A stretch of 64,000 nucleotides of DNA from Promethearchaeota archaeon (GTDB taxonomy: Archaea; Asgardarchaeota; Lokiarchaeia; Sigyniarchaeales; SOKP01): the NCBI GenBank assembly GCA_016839555.1, contig JAEOUA010000008.1, forward strand, positions 160,001 through 224,000. Reading direction: 5' to 3'. Both the position numbers and the translations under genes were made by a program. Shown in pieces: positions 61,998 through 64,000 of the stretch (position 1 is its first letter; each line of letters starts with the position of its first letter). The notes under the pieces were generated by a model, which was not told where the DNA came from, did no database searches, and saw only the letters and a program-made list of their open reading frames with translations.

Positions 61998-63656
61998 TTA
62001 AAATTGCTTTCCACAGCTAATACAATATTTATTTCTCTTTTTATTTTCAAAACCGCACTTATCGCAGACTTTAATATACTTATGACTCTGTGATTCTTGA
62101 TTACTTTGTTTTAAATGTTTTATCTTTCTCTTCATTAAATATGAAGAAGTGAAAACAGTGGCAATAGAAATTAAAATAACACTTGCAATTAGTATGAGTA
62201 AGTTATATATATATTGCGAGTCTAAATTCGACTCAGAATCAGCGGGATCTTTTTGGTTTTTGATTTCAGCTCCGTCTGAATCTCCATCTCCATCAGAGTC
62301 CCAATTCAATGGATTTGTGTTCGTAATATACACTTCAAATCCATCTAATAATCCATCAATATCACTATCAGGATGTAGTGGGTTTGTCAAACCATAATAT
62401 TCATCATAATCATTAAGAAAGTCATGGTCTGTATCACTATTTTGAGGATTTAATCCTCTAAACAGTTCCAATACATCTTCAAGACCATCATTATCAATAT
62501 CTGTCGAATTGCTTCGAGAAAAAAGTCGTTTTTTATTACCTAGCACTTCTGCAAAAAAGCCCCATGAACTAGCAGATTTATTATTAGAGTAATTTATCGT
62601 TCCATTATAAGATTCAAATCCGTGTTCTGTCGTTGAACTTTCGGTTAAATCATATATTTTATAATCCAATTTATTGAGTGATTGGTTGTAAAAAGTAGTA
62701 ATTATTTTTAAATTCTCTATTAAACCCGTACCGTATATTGTAAAATTATATGCAAATCTCCCTTCAAAAGAATAAAAAAGTGGTCGAATTAAAATCGTAT
62801 TTAAAACTGAAACTCCAGAAATTTGATTATTTTGTTGTGGCTCAAAATAAAAATTTTGTGGTGGGTCAAAATAATAGCCGAACATAAATGAGAATACTTC
62901 ACACTCTTGTTTAGCATAAGCAAATATCTCTTCCATTGAAAGTACACCATCATCGTTTGAATCTGTTGCCTTTTTGGCGCCTTCTTTGAAAAAATATGTA
63001 AATACGGAACTCTGCAGAAGATACGTTTGGAAACAGGTTTCAAAGCTCCTGCATGACGTCATAATATGTACTCCTGAACCACTTGTTTCAGGGATGAACC
63101 CCCCACTATAACACGTATCCAAGATTACATATTTCTCACTACAATTTAATGAGTTTATTTTGGACGCTAAACTTTGGTCTGACATGGTAGACCAATCGTA
63201 AAAGCAAATTTTGTTTGTAGAATCAAAAGTTCCATGTCCTGTGAAATAAAATACAAATACATCATTTTCTGTTATTTTGGAGGCAATTTTATTGAAAGCC
63301 TTAGAGATTGTATGGGGAGATGCTTCTGTATCCTTTAAATATATAATATTACTATCAGCAAAATTGTATTCATTTTTCAGCAAATTCCAAATTTTCCCAG
63401 AACTATGTAAGGAGTATGGTAAATCGTCTTGGTTTCCGACATAGCCATAACTCTTAACCCCAATTATTATAGCGTAAGCATTTTTGGGTTTTAATGAACT
63501 TTGGCTTGACTCTATTTGTTCTTCTTGTTTTAGGGAATATGAATAGTCTATATTTTGTTTATCAACCTGAGCTAAAGGAATATTATATAATAACATGGTT
63601 GTTGATATAAACATAAATAAAATGAAAAAACAGCATACTATATTTATTTTCTTCAT
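61998..63656 (-). CDS. Membrane-anchored caspase-family (C14) protease with Ca-binding DxDxDG repeats and C-terminal zinc ribbon
   Basis: Signal/anchor; YAIIIG, YFTGHG and ILDTCYSGG catalytic dyad; DSD.DG repeats; TM; CDKC..CISCG. Confidence 0.9.
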   Translation of the reverse strand: MKKINIVCCFFILFMFISTTMLLYNIPLAQVDKQNIDYSYSLKQEEQIESSQSSLKPKNAYAIIIGVKSYGYVGNQDDLPYSLHSSGKIWNLLKNEYNFADSNIIYLKDTEASPHTISKAFNKIASKITENDVFVFYFTGHGTFDSTNKICFYDWSTMSDQSLASKINSLNCSEKYVILDTCYSGGFIPETSGSGVHIMTSCRSFETCFQTYLLQSSVFTYFFKEGAKKATDSNDDGVLSMEEIFAYAKQECEVFSFMFGYYFDPPQNFYFEPQQNNQISGVSVLNTILIRPLFYSFEGRFAYNFTIYGTGLIENLKIITTFYNQSLNKLDYKIYDLTESSTTEHGFESYNGTINYSNNKSASSWGFFAEVLGNKKRLFSRSNSTDIDNDGLEDVLELFRGLNPQNSDTDHDFLNDYDEYYGLTNPLHPDSDIDGLLDGFEVYITNTNPLNWDSDGDGDSDGAEIKNQKDPADSESNLDSQYIYNLLILIASVILISIATVFTSSYLMKRKIKHLKQSNQESQSHKYIKVCDKCGFENKKRNKYCISCGKQF

Positions 63657-63877
63657 ATTTTCTAAATTTACTTTTAAAGTAATTATTTAAACATAGTGAA
63701 GTTTTTATGCTGTTCTTTAAATTCTTTTTTTATATCTTTATTATTTAGCAAAAATAGAAATTAGATATGTTTTTAAGAGCATTCTTATAATAAAAATAAG
63801 CATTATTTTCGGATTTTAATTTTAAAATTATTTCTAAATAAATAATATCTACTAAATATTTTAACTAAAGTGATATA

Positions 63878-64000
63878 TTGTTGGAGGGGAAGAATAGAAA
63901 ATATTTATTGGAAGATTTACTGGGTTCTCGGGCAAGAGTAAAGATATTGAAAATTATAGCAAATGAAGGGGAAATAAATGTCAGTGCGCTCATTAGAAAG
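63878..64000 (+). CDS. Partial ArsR-like wHTH regulator, paralogue of 13973-14251
   Basis: LEDLLGSRARVKILKIIANEGEINVSALIRK, runs off the window. Confidence 0.8.
   Translation, partial: MLEGKNRKYLLEDLLGSRARVKILKIIANEGEINVSALIRK

Noticed and set aside
1-64000. Integrase, transposase, relaxase, capsid or cas genes
   Set aside because: No diagnostic motifs recognised, so element type and boundaries cannot be fixed from this window

Overview
Very AT-rich archaeal sequence whose protein families point to an Asgard archaeon (Lokiarchaeia-like): Loki-type LRR N-terminal domain, tandem Roadblock plus MglA GTPase, multiple TFB paralogues, Orc1/Cdc6. No rRNA, canonical tRNA, ribosomal or core metabolic genes were seen. 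Left half (~1-35 kb): an MglB/MglA module, a large FG-GAP/prenyltransferase-like surface protein, three TFB paralogues, a Cdc6-ArsR-NIF3-like operon with an origin-like upstream region and a divergent RHH regulator, a DivK-like receiver, and a type IV pilus/Tad-like set (prepilin peptidase, class III pilin, TadC/FlaJ-like platform, secretion ATPase) interleaved with a membrane-anchored HerA/VirB4/VirD4-like ATPase. Together these suggest a replicon-linked DNA-transfer or competence element with its own transcription factors (inference). Right half (~35-59 kb): a decaying defence hot-spot with a HicAB-like TA pair, an ATPase-nuclease, a PHP-ATPase (Ppl/TrlF-like), two HNH genes with swapped C-termini, a SAVED/CD-NTase CBASS remnant and a NERD-helicase. 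Several of these genes are broken by single lesions, and short diverged duplications record past rearrangement. An orphan, degenerate type I-E-like CRISPR mini-array (3 repeats, exact 61-bp period, hairpins retained) and a candidate structured RNA lie just upstream of the NERD-helicase gene. All calls are from manual motif reading; no database searches were run.
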